From positions 1 through 36,129 of IMG/VR virus record IMGVR_UViG_3300016722_000007: a DNA stretch of 36,129 bases; one strand, given 5' to 3'. The stretch's first letter is position 1. Every line of letters begins with the position of its first letter. The notes beneath the pieces were generated by a model that was given only the letters and a program-made list of their open reading frames with translations, was not told the origin of the DNA and did no database searches. The DNA comes from a virus (lineage: Duplodnaviria; Caudoviricetes). Positions 34,583 through 36,129 of this stretch are shown here, one piece after another. A program made the translations under genes and the position numbers.

Positions 34583-34750
34583 ATGCAGCAAAGCTACGAA
34601 GGCATAGCCAGAAACTACGCTAACCTCGTCGAGAAGGGCTTAAGGACCCTTGATTCGATCAAGAACACCCTGGTGCGCCAGCGCGTCCAGGAGATGGTCG
34701 AGGAAGACGCGAAGAAGGGGGCGGATCCCCAGCCTATGACTACGAGATGA
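34583..34750 (+). CDS. CD1375/XkdX-like small protein (55 aa, not in the ORF track)
   Basis: ARNYANLVEKGLRTLDSI....RQRVQEMV; AAGGAG RBS. Confidence 0.62.
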   Translation: MQQSYEGIARNYANLVEKGLRTLDSIKNTLVRQRVQEMVEEDAKKGADPQPMTTR

Positions 34751-34833
34751 GACTTTAGACGAAGATGAGCCGTTGAAATTCGTTTCCTATAAAAAGCGGG
34801 GGTGGAGCCATCACTTTATAGGAGGAATCCAAA

Positions 34834-35388
34834 ATGGATCCTAATTCATTCTTCCAAGCCGTAGTATCCTTCATTCAGAAGTACGGTCTGCTTGCCATCG
34901 TCTGTGGCCTTGTCGTCGCTCTAATCACGGAGGCGATCAAAATTCCGATCTATCGGGCCGGAGTCAAGTACCAAGAAAAGACCGGGATCGACAAGAGCGG
35001 AATCACTTGGCTAATCACTCTCGTAAGCCTTGCGATAAGCTTCTTCATCGCTTTTCTCGTCTGCTTCTATTTGGCCAAGTGGAATTACGCAGATCTCGAT
35101 TGGGCGAATGTTGGCTTGAAAAGCGCTGCCATTTACACAACTGCAACAGCCGAATACGAGGTGTTCAAAAAGATTATCAAGGCAGCCCAATCTCTCAGCG
35201 CTGCAAACAAAGCCAAGAAAATCGCATCCGAATCATCTTCGCTCATCCAATCCGATCCCAGCCTCACTGTTCCGGCTGTCGTTCAGGAAAAAGCTTCAAA
35301 AGGGGTTGAGGTAGCCGTCACGCCAAAAGCGGCAAAGAAAGAGGAAGGGCCTAAGCCTGGCGGCCAAGGTACCAAATCCTTGCTCTAA
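34834..35388 (+). CDS. Holin-like membrane protein
   Basis: Two to three hydrophobic segments (LITEAIK pattern) and a charged C-terminal tail; lysis-module position; AGGAGG RBS. Confidence 0.65.
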   Translation: MDPNSFFQAVVSFIQKYGLLAIVCGLVVALITEAIKIPIYRAGVKYQEKTGIDKSGITWLITLVSLAISFFIAFLVCFYLAKWNYADLDWANVGLKSAAIYTTATAEYEVFKKIIKAAQSLSAANKAKKIASESSSLIQSDPSLTVPAVVQEKASKGVEVAVTPKAAKKEEGPKPGGQGTKSLL

Positions 35389-35574
35389 TTGAGGGACAAG
35401 CTGGATAAGACGTGGTCTCTCCACGTCCGGAGAGGTTCCATCTTCTGGCGAATCCGAAGACGGTGGTGGATGTTCGCCTACGGGCTCTGTGGGCTTCTAG
35501 GCATCGACATTGCCAAACTCGACCCCAAATGGCTCAGGGAAGCCAAAAAGAAGGCAAGGAGCCGCTCTTGGTAA
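35389..35574 (+). CDS. Small basic hypothetical protein
   Basis: TTG immediately after the holin-like stop; no clear RBS. Confidence 0.3.
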   Translation: MRDKLDKTWSLHVRRGSIFWRIRRRWWMFAYGLCGLLGIDIAKLDPKWLREAKKKARSRSW

Positions 35575-35605
35575 AGGAGTGGCTTCTTTCTGGTGAACTT
35601 CTCTT

Positions 35606-35636
35606 TTTATGCCAAATTTATGCTATTTTTATGCCA
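35606..35636. repeat. Three tandem TTTATGCYA repeats, putative integrase arm-type sites
   Basis: Copies at 35606, 35617 and 35628 (11-bp period), ~40 bp inside the right att. Confidence 0.55.
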
Positions 35637-35640
35637 GACA

Positions 35641-35673
35641 AAAACAAAACCCCGACATCATCGGGGCTTTTTT
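35641..35673. terminator. Phage-supplied bidirectional terminator downstream of tRNA-Gly
   Basis: A-rich tract, CCCCGA-catca-TCGGGG, CTTTTTT. Confidence 0.65.
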
Positions 35674-35677
35674 CGAT

Positions 35678-35697
35678 CTGGAGCAAGTGACGGGAAT
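35678..35697. repeat. Right att core (overlaps the tRNA-Gly 3' end)
   Basis: Identical to 447-466. Confidence 0.95.
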
Positions 35698-35752
35698 CGG
35701 ACCCGCGTATTTACCTTGGCAAGGTAATGTTCTACCATTGAACTACACCTGC
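35679..35752 (-). tRNA. tRNA-Gly (GCC)
   Basis: Reverse complement GCAGGTG...TTACC-TTGCCAA-GGTAA...GGTCCGATTCCC...CACTTGC-T-CCA folds as a 74-nt cloverleaf with encoded CCA. Confidence 0.96.
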
Positions 35753-35775
35753 ATCACGCTGTAGGCGCGTTGACT

Positions 35776-35804
35776 ATTATAGGGAATGGGAAAACTCTAT
35801 TCAA
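35776..35804 (-). promoter_or_regulatory. tRNA-Gly promoter
   Basis: Minus strand TTGAAT, 17 bp, TATAAT, ending 24 bp upstream of the tRNA. Confidence 0.7.
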
Positions 35805-35863
35805 GTGGAAGAAGCAACTTCGTTGCCTTATAATTCCATCGGTCTCCAAAGGAAAGAAAAAAC

Positions 35864-36129
35864 ATGGCAGATGTTAACGATTTAGCGGAACTGTTGTTCC
35901 CCGATGTGACAAAGACGATCGACGATCTCGAAAAGGAATTTCCGCCTCGGGTTCTCCCAGAAGGCGCCCAAGTAACCCGTTTCGCCCCATCTCCGACCGG
36001 TTTTTTGCATACCGGTTCACTCTTTACCTCTTTGATTGGCCACACCATCGCCAAGCAATCCAAAGGCGTTTTCTTTTTCCGTCTTGAAGACACCGATACC
36101 AAACGCACCATCGAAGGCAGCGGCAAGGA
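35864..36129 (+). CDS. gltX: Glutamate--tRNA ligase, 5' part (runs off the window; not in the ORF track)
   Basis: MADVNDLAELLFP...VTRFAPSPTGFLHTG...FRLEDTD: class I HIGH-like region of GluRS. Confidence 0.95.
   Translation, partial: MADVNDLAELLFPDVTKTIDDLEKEFPPRVLPEGAQVTRFAPSPTGFLHTGSLFTSLIGHTIAKQSKGVFFFRLEDTDTKRTIEGSGK

Larger units (their letters stand above)
447..35697. mobile_element. Complete temperate siphovirus-type prophage integrated in tRNA-Gly(GCC)
   Basis: 20-bp direct repeats at both ends; integrase near one end; lysogeny, replication, packaging, head, tail and holin-like modules in between. Predicted excised circle 35,231 bp. Confidence 0.95.

Noticed and set aside
34312-34750. 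Either small ORF as Avd
   Set aside because: They are 87 and 55 aa with motifs of tail-fibre-associated small proteins; not formally excluded without structure prediction.
35797-36126. 109-aa minus-strand ORF
   Set aside because: Antisense shadow of gltX.
1-36129. CRISPR array, IS element or alternative genetic code
   Set aside because: No repeat-spacer array or transposase seen; TGA, TAG and TAA all end genes at sensible, coupled positions, consistent with code 11.

Overview
Almost the whole window is one apparently complete ~35.2 kb temperate siphovirus-type prophage (447-35697). It is integrated at the 3' end of a minus-strand tRNA-Gly(GCC) and bounded by a perfect 20-bp att direct repeat. 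Host flanks are the 3' part of a membrane-protein gene on the left and the 5' part of gltX on the right. Module order: lipoprotein, integrase, CI/Cro switch; replication and accessory genes (replisome organizer, PcfK/PcfJ-like pair, beta-clamp-like protein, DUF5131-type radical SAM, HNH proteins, sce7726-like nuclease, second tyrosine recombinase); HNH-TerS-TerL packaging; HK97-type head; tail and baseplate; holin-like gene. Main observations: (1) a diversity-generating retroelement with a C-terminal VR in a tail adhesin, a TR differing only at adenines (16 of 16 mismatches), a target hairpin and an RT, but no recognisable avd, carried on a GC-rich cassette fused to a GC-poorer anchor domain; (2) a ~130-nt highly structured candidate ncRNA immediately after a tail/baseplate gene with a basic C-terminal domain, a possible protein-RNA virion module that I cannot assign to a known family; (3) no recognisable endolysin; (4) a two-domain clamp-like protein alongside three proteins with QL[S/D]LF-type motifs. 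All family assignments come from motif recognition by eye; no searches or folding programs were run.
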